A DNA stretch of 64,000 nucleotides, filler included, from Diploschistes diacapsis (taxonomy: Eukaryota), in the NCBI GenBank assembly GCA_023645945.1. It is 14 parts of 14 records of this genome, joined end to end, with 100 filler letters (N's around TTAATTAATTAA, not from the genome) between each part and the next. Parts side by side here need not be neighbours in the genome. Positions count along the whole stretch, not along the records: positions 37,745 to 40,633 come from JALAIB010002055.1; positions 40,734 to 43,621 come from JALAIB010002056.1; positions 43,722 to 46,609 come from JALAIB010002057.1; positions 46,710 to 49,592 come from JALAIB010002058.1; 10 more parts are not named here. One strand, given 5' to 3'. The position numbers and the translations under genes were made by a program. Position 1 is the stretch's first letter. The number at the start of each line of letters is the position of its first letter. The notes beneath the pieces were generated by a model that saw nothing but the letters and a program-made list of their open reading frames with translations, did no database searches and was not told the origin of the DNA. Below are positions 37,745-49,592 of the stretch, one piece after another.

Positions 37745-40633
37745 ATGGCCGATCAAATAATCCCACCTTTTTTTACATTTAATACCGAATTTGGCGTTTT
37801 GGCCTGTAATAAATGCAAATATTGTATTATTACTTCGGAGTTTATTAATCATTTTAAAAATAATCATAAATACGAATACAAAACATCCGAAATCCAGGCT
37901 TTTAAATCGGCTATTATCGACCTCAATATTTTATTAAAACAAAATGTTTTAATACCCAAAAATTTTAAATATCATTTCGATTATTTACATTTAAATAACG
38001 GTTTTAAATGTAAAGACTGTGATTTTATTTCAATGAACCTGAAAGCATTGCGCGAACATATTAATAAAATACACCAAAAAAAGAGAGATGCAGCGGATCA
38101 ATTAATTATTAAGAATATTAAGATTCAGCATTTTTTCCCTTCGAATTATAAGAAATTATTTATTTCTTCAGCAACTAATCTGATTAATTCTAATTTATTA
38201 ATCGAAAACTCGCCACGAACGGACCTAGAAAATATCCACAAAAATACGAAAATACAATACGAAGAAAAGATGAAACAAATCGAAAATAATGCGAATTTCA
38301 ACCCCGATCTTACTGAAGTTAAATGGTTTTTTCGACAAACGAATTTCCCCAAATATTTCGAAAATAAAAATCCAAAAATAATCGAAAGTTTTCTTACCAT
38401 CAACAACGAAAATCTATTTTTATCCAATTTTCAATCATTTATTCGCCAATTCTTGGAACAAAACGAATTTTTAATAATGCAGTTCGAACCTTATTTATTA
38501 CAGATTATTGCATCTGAACGACCTGCCGAATTAAATGATAATATTAAACCATTCAAATTACCGCTACGCCGAGAAACACGAACCAGATATTATAATATTA
38601 TCGAAAAATTAATTATCTTCGTGATTAATTTTTATTTATTTAAAAGAAATAATCCGGATGATATTTCTTTTATTCAGCCAATTATCTCGACCGAGAATCT
38701 CCGAAAATTAAATATGATTTATTATTTAATTCAGGATCCTTCGAATTTCGAGAATAAATCGCTGGATAATCCATTGGTCCGAAAAACGATAAAGCTAATA
38801 ATTAACTTATTACAGGAAAAATTCCGGCAAGTTAATTTGAACGTCGAAAAACATTTACAGTTCGATAATTTAATTATAATTTATTTTATAATTATATCCT
38901 TCGATTTTAAAAAAAAATCTTTTATTTCGGAAGGCGAAATCGGTCGAAAATCTTCAGCCATTATCTACTGCTTACGATATTTTTCCCTCTTATTTATTGC
39001 CTATAAATCTTCGAAAAATAGCGATTTTAATATCCATGAATCCTTTACGGCATTTCATAAAGATTATCTTACTAATAAATCGAATAATGCATTTACCGAA
39101 ATTACGGGCTACCGCGTTATGGCCCGAAAAATTGATTCCGAACAAATGGGCGAAGCGAAAATCGCTCAAATAAATGCAAACGAATTTCGGTGCAATAATA
39201 TTTTGATTCGAATTTCCGAATTAAAAGCATTTTTCAAAACCGAATTAAACACGCTACAGGATTTATTATTTAATAAATTACAATTCTTTACCGAAACGGC
39301 GCTACCAGAGGAAATACAAGATTTAAATAATCTACGAGAAATCGGATTTAATTCGATTAAAAATCAATATTTCGCCGATTTTAGTTCGGACAAATTCGAC
39401 GCTCCGAAATTCAAAACCTATTTATTGGATTCTATTTTTCAGAATAATTCAATTTTAGGATCAACGTTATTCCGAAGATTTACGCCTGAATTGATACCAA
39501 ATAATAAAAACATTCAAACTTATTTGTATAATATCGAATTATTCAAAAAACATTTATTATTATTGGTTCACATGACCTCAGGCCCACCGATCCGAGGTAC
39601 TGAAATCATCGAAATTATTTTCAAAAATACCGTTACCAAAAAAAGAGAGGTTTTCTTCGATCAACAATTTAAATTAATTAATTTAAATCCAACGTACCAC
39701 AAAAGTTCTTCTGTAACTAATCAGGATTCGAAAAATACTCGATATTTATTTCCGGAATTAGGAAAATTATTGATTTATTACCTAATATTGATTTCTCCTT
39801 TCGAATCTTGGTTAAAAGTCGAAATTAAAAAAATAACGATGAATAATCATGCCATTTTATTCGAAATAATGGATAAAAAAATATCGAGTTCAATATTCAG
39901 CGAATTCTTGGCTAAACAGGTACGTAAAAGATTTCTAAATGATAATAATCTTACTAATTACATAATAATTAAATTTATAGACTGGCCAGCATTTAATTCA
40001 AAGTTTTAAACTAGCAACCTGGCGACAATTTTCGATTTTTATCTGCAAAGAATTAATTCCTGAATTAAATAAATTATTCATCGAGGATACTAGCGATGAA
40101 GATGAAGATTTAATCGAAGATATACTAGCTAATCATAGCACGCGTACCGCGCGGAAATTATACGGCCGTAATTCGAATTTATTATCCAATAAACAATCGA
40201 ATATTCAAAAACGATCCTACGACTTTTGCATCAAATTCTGGCAATTTTTCGACCTTATTTCGCCTACTTATATTAATGAAATGAATGAAAATGCATTAAT
40301 CGATAATCGACCAACAAAAAAACATAAAAGAAATATTTCCAGTATTAATGATAACTATATCATTAATCCAAAAATATCCAGATTCGAAAACAATATATAT
40401 TCGGATAACTATTTACTACGGGAGCTAAGGACTTTATATTCGAAAAACGATATTACTTTCAAGACCGATAATCAGCTGGAAGCAATAAAATTGATATTAA
40501 AAAATAAATCGCCTATTTTTTACGTCTCGGGTACTGGATCTGGAAAATCATTACTATTTCAATTAATTTCGGCAATTAAAAAAGACGAGATAAATATCGT
40601 TATTTTACCTAGCGTCGCTTTAAAAGAAAAACA
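37745..40633 (+). CDS. Zinc-finger (DUF3505/OrsD-like) + tyrosine-recombinase-like + RecQ-type helicase fusion protein, 3'-truncated
   Basis: Exon 37745-39919, intron 39920-39980 (GTACGT...ACTAAT...TAG), exon 39981 to contig end, together >940 codons without a stop. Motifs: CNKC..H...H, CKDC..H...H, LLLLVHMTSGPPIRGTE, YHK, TWRQ, ANHSTRTARKLYGR, Q-motif FKTDNQ, Walker A GTGSGKS, motif Ia ILPSVAL. Confidence 0.8.
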
Positions 40634-40733
40634 NNNNNNNNNNNNNNNNNNNNNNNNNNNNNNNNNNNNNNNNNNNNTTAATTAATTAANNNNNNNNNNN
40701 NNNNNNNNNNNNNNNNNNNNNNNNNNNNNNNNN

Positions 40734-43621
40734 CGGCCTATAATCTTCCTATAAATAACTTAATTAAATATAAAATTCAAGAATTTAAAACGCCAGATTA
40801 TCCAGTATCTGGTCCAGTATAAGGAACTTTTTAGACGCGGACGCTACTTATAGACAGCACGAAAAATGATCGATAATCCCGACGAGAGAATATACATCCT
40901 AAAGGAAATATACCTTCAATCTAACTATCGGAACTATAATATCACCTAAAAAATAATAACCTAGCGATATTAATAAAACAAAATATATATAAATGCTAAA
41001 CAGGTCTATAAGAAGTGTCGAGAATGCCAATTAAAGAAACTAAATCGCGAAACAGACTTGATTCACCCTAGCTTCACTAATTACTTATAAACAGTAATCC
41101 ACCTCGACGTCGTTAAGATACCAAGCTGTCGAAGTAAACATTTTATAATACAAATTAAAAATCACTTGTCCGAATGGGTTAAAACACGAACCATTATTAA
41201 GAACGATTTAAAAACGGTTGCCAAATTTATTCATAAAAAACTAATCTATCGACACGGAACGTTCGGGAAGATGATCGTCGACGGTAGCTTAGAAAATAAA
41301 ACAAAAGTTATCGATCTTTTAATCAAATACGGAATTCAACGAACCTAGATTTCGGCCTATAATCTTCCTATAAATAACTTAATTAAATATAATTATCGCG
41401 TGATTATAAATACATTAAATAAGTTAACTAATAACGGAAAAGAAGATTAAATATCGACTTTACCTTTAATATTCTAGATAGAACGAGTCTCGGTTAATAT
41501 CATTACGGAAAGAACTCCATTTTTATTGTTATATAAGACAGAATGTGTCTTATTAATCGAGACGGAAGTTATTACGTAAACGATATTATTATAGAACGAT
41601 ATTTACGACCGTGTCGATCTTTTAGTAGCAAAAATAAAACAACTAGAAAACCGGAATGAAAATATAAAGGAAATCTCTACTAAAATAAAACGTCGGAAAG
41701 GCCAGATAATCGATTTACGTTATAAAAATATTCATACGAAGGTCCATCTTTTTCACATTAGAAATCTAGTACTACTTTATAACAGCAAATACCAGAAAAA
41801 CTATTCTATATCTCAAAAATTAAACTTTTAATAGCTCGATTCTTACCGAATAACCTACTTAAATCATAAAAAGTCAATATATAAGCTTACTAAACTAGAT
41901 AGAACGGACCTTAATAGAACCTTTATAGACAAAAGATTAAAGGCCTTTATTACTAATCCTAGAAAAAAGGTAATAGTACCGGATTCTAAAGCCACGGGCT
42001 AAAAGGATAAGGATGGATCTATAAAAGAAAAAAATACCGATAAAGATCTAAATAATAAAGTTCCCCCTAATCCTCTAAAAAAGTTTATATCTACGAGAAA
42101 GGATTTCGCGGTAATAATTTAAGAAATAAGTCCTCCTATTGCTATAAAAGAAAAAAAGGTTTAATTAAACTCTTAATAAACCCTTTATAAAATTAAAGAG
42201 GGAGATTAGAAAAAAAAATTTTATAGCATTCTTTTCATTCGGCGTTCAAGATTCTATAATTTTGTGTACGTTACTACCTGATATGCGTTAAGAGCTTATA
42301 ATGTTTTGAACTTTGCTTACTTTGCTTTTTTACTTATTTCTTATTGTTTTGCCTTCCTACTTACCTCCTAAAATCTTTACTTTAAGACCCTACTAATTGC
42401 GTTTAGAGATCCTGTTGAACTACGAACCACCGTTATAATAACCGAAACCACACCTCTCGCACCAGCATCGAGCTCCTTCTTTCCCATAACTCTATTAAGA
42501 AGTCATATTTAAGCTAAAAGCTATTAAACATCAATTATATTAATAAATAAAAGTAACTTTAATACGATAGAGAATTTTATTAATTATATAAAAAAGCAGC
42601 CGTTAAGGGATAAATATTTCTTAATTTACGAAATTAGAATTAAGATCGAGGCAATAATTTATCTTACGGCCGATTACCTAGAACAACTCGTTAAAAAGAT
42701 TGAAAAAGAAAATTCATACATTATAACAGAAATATCGGAAGTTGACTATAAAGAAGAATAGGAATCTATAAAAGAATTTATAAGAAACTACAAATAGAAG
42801 TTATTACGAGCCAATAACGCCATTAATAAAATCAATAAACTATAAAGGAAGCAGCTTACACTATCGGCGTATCCGGGTAAAGTACACGGTTCTCTAGAAG
42901 TCTATATTAAATCAATAAATGTTTTAATTACGATAATAAATAGGAACGTAGAATTAACGTAAAAACTTCTAATTAATACAATGATCGCTCGTTTCGAAAG
43001 AACCAAAATCGGGGTATATAAAACTCAAATATTATTAATTTTAAATATATAAAAAGTAATTAAATATATAAGAAACACCTTAAGATCTTTAAATAAAGGT
43101 ACTATATTAACCTTAAAATAAACTATATTTATAATAAACAAGCTGGCGTATACTAAAATAAACTTACGACGTACTAAATTAATAATTATATTAGATTTCG
43201 TCGTTCCGATCGACCTCGCCTTAATAACAAAAACAAAAAAGAATCAAGCATCAATTATAAACAGATAACTCATCTTACTAAAGGCTAGAGATTTACCCGC
43301 GATTAATAAAAGCGTCGGATCCGACCCCATGGACATGGATATTAAATAGGAGATCCTAGGATCCTGTGATCAGAACGGCCTCGCGTCCGGTTTTGGTAGC
43401 CTTCCGCCCCCTATCGTGCCTGTGAGACCTGCTGTAATGAAAGCAAGGAGGGTGATCCTCGCAGAAGTACACGGTTGTAGATATAAGTAAAAAAAGGAAT
43501 TATATGCTATCCTAAATATTAAGAATCTAGAACAGAAGGAAGTTCTATAGTAGTATAAAGACTTTATCTTTAAAAGACGTAAGCGTTCTTTCTACTTTTC
43601 GTACTTAAGAACTATATGCGG
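40734..43621 (+). mobile_element. Ty3/gypsy 3' region: integrase, C-terminal extension and extra degraded ORF; RIP-inactivated
   Basis: 40775-41500 is a second copy of the 36905-37644 integrase, differing mainly by transitions; continues through GRTPFLLLY and a GPY-like region. Confidence 0.85.
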
Positions 43622-43721
43622 NNNNNNNNNNNNNNNNNNNNNNNNNNNNNNNNNNNNNNNNNNNNTTAATTAATTAANNNNNNNNNNNNNNNNNNNNNNN
43701 NNNNNNNNNNNNNNNNNNNNN

Positions 43722-44086
43722 GGGGTCGACGAGGGACCCCTAGCTACAATGCACAAGAGCAGCTAGCCTTTGAGCAACAGAAGTACGAGCAACAGCAGAG
43801 GCGCGCTCAGGGAATGGGCAACTATCAGCAAGGTGGACCGACTTCGTGGGAGGGCATGTACGACGATGTTCCTCAGCCCAACGCCGGCGGTCATGGCGGC
43901 GGAGGAGGACGTGGGCGCGGATACGGCCGGGGAGGTGGCGGTGGACACAAAGAGCCTCCGAGGGGCCCTTCGGCTCCCGCTAATGCGCCGACCGGTCCGA
44001 AAAACGCTGGCATTCCCGGCGCAAACTACCGAGGCGGTCGTGGTGGCGGTGGACATCGTGCCAACTATCACCCCTATCGCAGATGA
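43722..44086 (+). CDS. HRP1: C-terminus of Hrp1-like hnRNP RNA-binding protein (partial)
   Basis: WEGMYDDVP, RGG boxes, NAPTGPKNAG, C-terminal PY-NLS-like NYHPYRR*. Confidence 0.65.
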
Positions 44087-44392
44087 GTCGTTTCTTGTTT
44101 TGTGGGTCTGTCCACTCTTGTGTGGTCAATCGGTCTGCTAGTGCTCTTGGCGTTGGTTTGGTATGGATTGGCTTACAGAAACTGCAAGGCTTTATGAGTT
44201 TGATCGAATTTGTGCTGCATGCAATGTATACTAGGGAGTAATGTGGAATTCGGAACATAACTTTGCACACACCTCATCCTGCTCACCAGATCCAAAGGCA
44301 GTCATCTCGGTTGATCATTGCGCTGATACGCTATCCCTCATACCTGGACGCCTCGCTAACCAAAACACAAAGGGAGCAATTAGGTGACGAGC

Positions 44393-45843
<1,451 letters not shown>

Positions 45844-46084
45844 TGTTTCTTATGTTGCGTATCAAGGATCACTTTTACTGATTGTGACATCTAATACGTG
45901 GGTCATTTAGAGCAAAGTAAGGGGTTGAGTTTTTTTTTCTCTTTCACTTATCAACCCAGTCCCGATCCAGTTTTGAGAGTTATTATGGTTCCACTACGGA
46001 GTTAAATCTTAAGCCCGAAAAGCTCAACAGTAAACGTTTATTTATAAATCTATAATTACATAATTTGAATATACAAAAAGATCG

Positions 46085-46187
46085 AGTTTCTGTTGAAAGT
46101 GGTGGAAGTTCCTAATAAAAAACACATGACTAAGATGAATTCAGCAGCTAGTCCTAACTAGGAAATACTCCTAGCCTGCCTAGCCTA
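46085..46187 (-). repeat. Copy of the 32994-33097 repeat terminus
   Basis: Reverse-complement match to 32994-33097. Confidence 0.7.
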
Positions 46188-46204
46188 CATCACGAAAGGT
46201 TTTT

Positions 46205-46370
46205 GTCGGCGAAACACTGCGAAAATCCGCGAAGTTGGCGAAACTAGCAAAACCGGCAAGGTAGGCGACAGATAATGCGTTCAAGCAACTCGCCAACTTT
46301 CGTCAAAAGGTTTGGCGAAACACGGCGAAACACGGCAAAACACGGCGAAACACGGCAAAACTGGCAAAAC
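46205..46370. repeat. GGCGAAACAC/GGCAAAAC about 10-bp tandem repeats, probably transposon subterminal
   Basis: ggcgaaacac ggcgaaacac ggcaaaacac ggcgaaacac ggcaaaact ggcaaaac. Confidence 0.7.
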
Positions 46371-46372
46371 TG

Positions 46373-46609
46373 TGTTACGATCCAAGTACCAGACTTGGCA
46401 CGTCCCAGCTTTGTATATAGGTCAGTCACGGGACCGGAGGTCACGTGATGCGCTTACTGCTCACGCTCACTCTCGTGAACGATAAATAAGCTTTCGCTAC
46501 CGCTCGATGATCGTACTTATTCTCGTAAATAATAAACCTCGAAAATATCGTTCGTTAAATTTATAATAAACGATAAGCGAGTTAATTATATATAAACATG
46601 ATTCTATCT
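46373..46609 (+). mobile_element. LTR (family A), partial
   Basis: Starts TGTTACG; homologous to the reverse complement of 1-308. Confidence 0.65.
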
Positions 46610-46709
46610 NNNNNNNNNNNNNNNNNNNNNNNNNNNNNNNNNNNNNNNNNNNNTTAATTAATTAANNNNNNNNNNNNNNNNNNNNNNNNNNNNNNNNNNN
46701 NNNNNNNNN

Positions 46710-49592
46710 TCCTACGATAGGGGTCCGGATTTCTTTCCGTTTTTGCTACCTTGCAGTAGGTTAGTTAATAGATTTACTATTCTAGAATATATATAAATAA
46801 ATCTTCTATAGAAATTATAGAATCTTAAAAAGATTTGTATTTCTCGAAAAATAGTGGGCGCAGGCCACTCGGCCACGCTTTATACTCTAGTAGGATCCAT
46901 TTTGACCCCTTCGGGAGAAATAATATAGCCTAAAAACTCGAGCTTCTATATAAAGAACTCGCATTTCTTATGATTCGCGTAAAGTTCGAAATCACGTAAT
47001 CTTTCGAGTATAAGCCGGAGATATCTCGCATATTCTTCGGCGTCTTTTAAATATATCAAAATATTATTAAGATAAACGACGTAGATAGTATTAATTAGAT
47101 CTATTAAAACTCGGTTGATATAAGTTTAAAATATAGTTAGGATATTTATTAGCCTAAATGGCATTATTTGATATTTAAAGTGGCCGTATCTGGTACGGAA
47201 GGTAGTCTTCTATTCATCGCCCTCGCGTATGCGGATACGATAGTACGCATTCTTTAAATCTATCTTTGAAAATATTTTTGCGCCTATAAGGCGATTTAGC
47301 GTCTCGTTAATTAAAAGTAATAGATAACGGTTCTTTCTCGTTATTTTATTTAACCCTTTATAATCAACGCATAAGCGTAAGATGCCATCCTTTTTTAATA
47401 TAAATAGAATCGGCGCCCCTACGGGGTTATTGGATGGTCGAATCCATCCGCGTAATAATGCCTCATTTAGGTAATCGCGAAGTTCGCGGAGCTTAACCGC
47501 AGATAGATTGTATAGTGGTCCATGTGGGGGTTCTTTTCCCTCTGTATCGATTATATGATCGCTAGGCTTATGCCCGGGTAAATTTATTATTAAGTCTCCG
47601 TTAAACACGTTCCGGTAATCGGAGATGCAAAAAGGTAAAATATGTTCTATATTTATTTCTTTAAGACGTATCGACACGGCTCCGATGAAAATACGTTCGT
47701 ATTTCGTATTAGATAGGACTAACGTAAAAACGTTTAGATTTTCGACGGTAACCTTATGGAATTCTTTCGGCGATAATAATTTATATTTTTCGCTAGCGAG
47801 AATAAAACGCTAAATACGATTATAATTGTAGTTAATTTGAGTTATTTCTAGCTTTAGGGTATTTAGAGTAATCGGATTTCCTGTCTTATCGATAAAATAA
47901 TAGATAATCTCGAATTCTTTATTTATTCAGTATTCGTCCCGTATAGCGAGCGTAATACGGTATATCTCGTAATAATATAGCTTAAATCCGTTTATAAATT
48001 TTAGATATAATAAGTCTGCGTTTAGTAGCCGTAAAAGTTACGTTTTAATTATGAACTTTTCGTTAATGATATTGTATTCTATTTTAGTATCGAGGTTAAT
48101 TATTATGGAACGAATTTTCTTAAGTTTTCGAAATTTAGCGTAAGTAATTGTATTAGATTTAATCTTTAGAAATAGGCGGTCTATCGGTGTAAAAAATATC
48201 GACGATCTTTAAAGTTTTTTGAACCCCGTAGGTTTAAGATATTGATTTTGTTTACGTCGGTGGTAAATGTCTCGTCACCCGCGGTCAGGTCGGGGTAATT
48301 CGGGGTAATATGTTCTTCCTTATTGTATTTAAAATAGACCACCGTTATGAATCTTTTTGACCCGTTACGTTTTCTTTGTCTCTTTTCGGACCTTCTGCGG
48401 TCATAAATCGGAATTCTAGCGGAACTTTTTCGGGCGTCTTTCGTTTCTTTCTTTAGATTCTTTTTTCGATAAGGGAAGGAAAAGGATGTTTTATAAAATC
48501 TATCCTTTTAGAACCTATGCGGGCCCTTTCCGGTCTCTTTTAGCTTTATTATAAAAGCGATTAAATCGTTATAGCGAGATAATAAGGTTTAGGTTTGTCG
48601 TAAAAGATTTTAAAGAAATTCCCGTAGTTTCGAGATAAGATATTGGCGCCGCTGCGTTTCCGTATAAGGCTCGAGCTGCTTTTCAATAACCGTTAAATAA
48701 TGCACGAATTTTTATACGGATTAATTATCTTTTTATTTCGCGTCGGCGTACCGGCGTGCTGCGTCTAGCTCCCGATTTATTGAATTTTTAATTAAATTAA
48801 GTAAATATTTTTTGAAATAATCCTACGTGATCGTATTTATATCGATTTTGGCTTCATGAGCGAATTAAAATTTCAGAAAATTTTCCCGAAACGTTTACGT
48901 AGCGTAACGAACTTATAGCGTAGTTATAAATAAATGTAGTATATTTATTTCCCGTGCGTTGTTAGCTATTATGAATTATTCTCGGTGTTCCGTTATAGAT
49001 AACCTTTAATACTTAAATAAAGGTTAAGATCGAAGGTATTTCGTGATATTAATAACGTGCTGGCTAAATGCGGCTCATTTGCGAATAGCTTGCGTCTCAT
49101 ATTCCGTTTTAATTGTCGGAAACGTGGTTTAAATTTCTAGATTCGTTATTTCCGTAGTCAGATCTTGGATTCTTTTTTGCTTTAATAATCTCTGGCGTTT
49201 TTTTTTAAGGTAGAAGATGTGTTCCCGGTTAAATCGCGAAAAATTTGCGTTCGATAAATATTCTTCTTCGATAGTAGAATTTAATTAATTTTTTTCGTCT
49301 GATTTAGGAATTTCGACGGCGACGCGTTTCCTTTCGACGATTTCTTTTCTTCGCGAGACTTCTGCGGTTGCTGACCGTGGGGATTCCGTTAATATCTTAT
49401 TATGTATTAATAATTCCCGTCGGGATGAAATAACGGTTTCCGTTAGATCTATAATTGCTGCCGATTTTTCAGTATTTCGAGATACCGTCGCGGTCTTTCG
49501 CTTTCCTTTCGTTATTTTACCGGACCATTATTTTATTGAAGGAAGAGAAATTAGAACTATAAAGGATAAAATGTAATAATATGATAATAATA
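46710..49592 (-). mobile_element. Ty3/gypsy gag-protease-RT, RIP-inactivated
   Basis: PPHGPLYNLS, GWIRPS..PVGAPILF, LRLCVDYKGLN, KIDLKNAYYRIRI, VVYLNNILIY (from YLDD); degraded CCHC knuckle; AAAAAAC at the gag/pol junction. Confidence 0.92.

Noticed and set aside
34752..43621. Helicase/YR gene apparently nested inside a gypsy element
   Set aside because: Three separate contigs joined by linkers; the two gypsy pieces overlap and are different copies.
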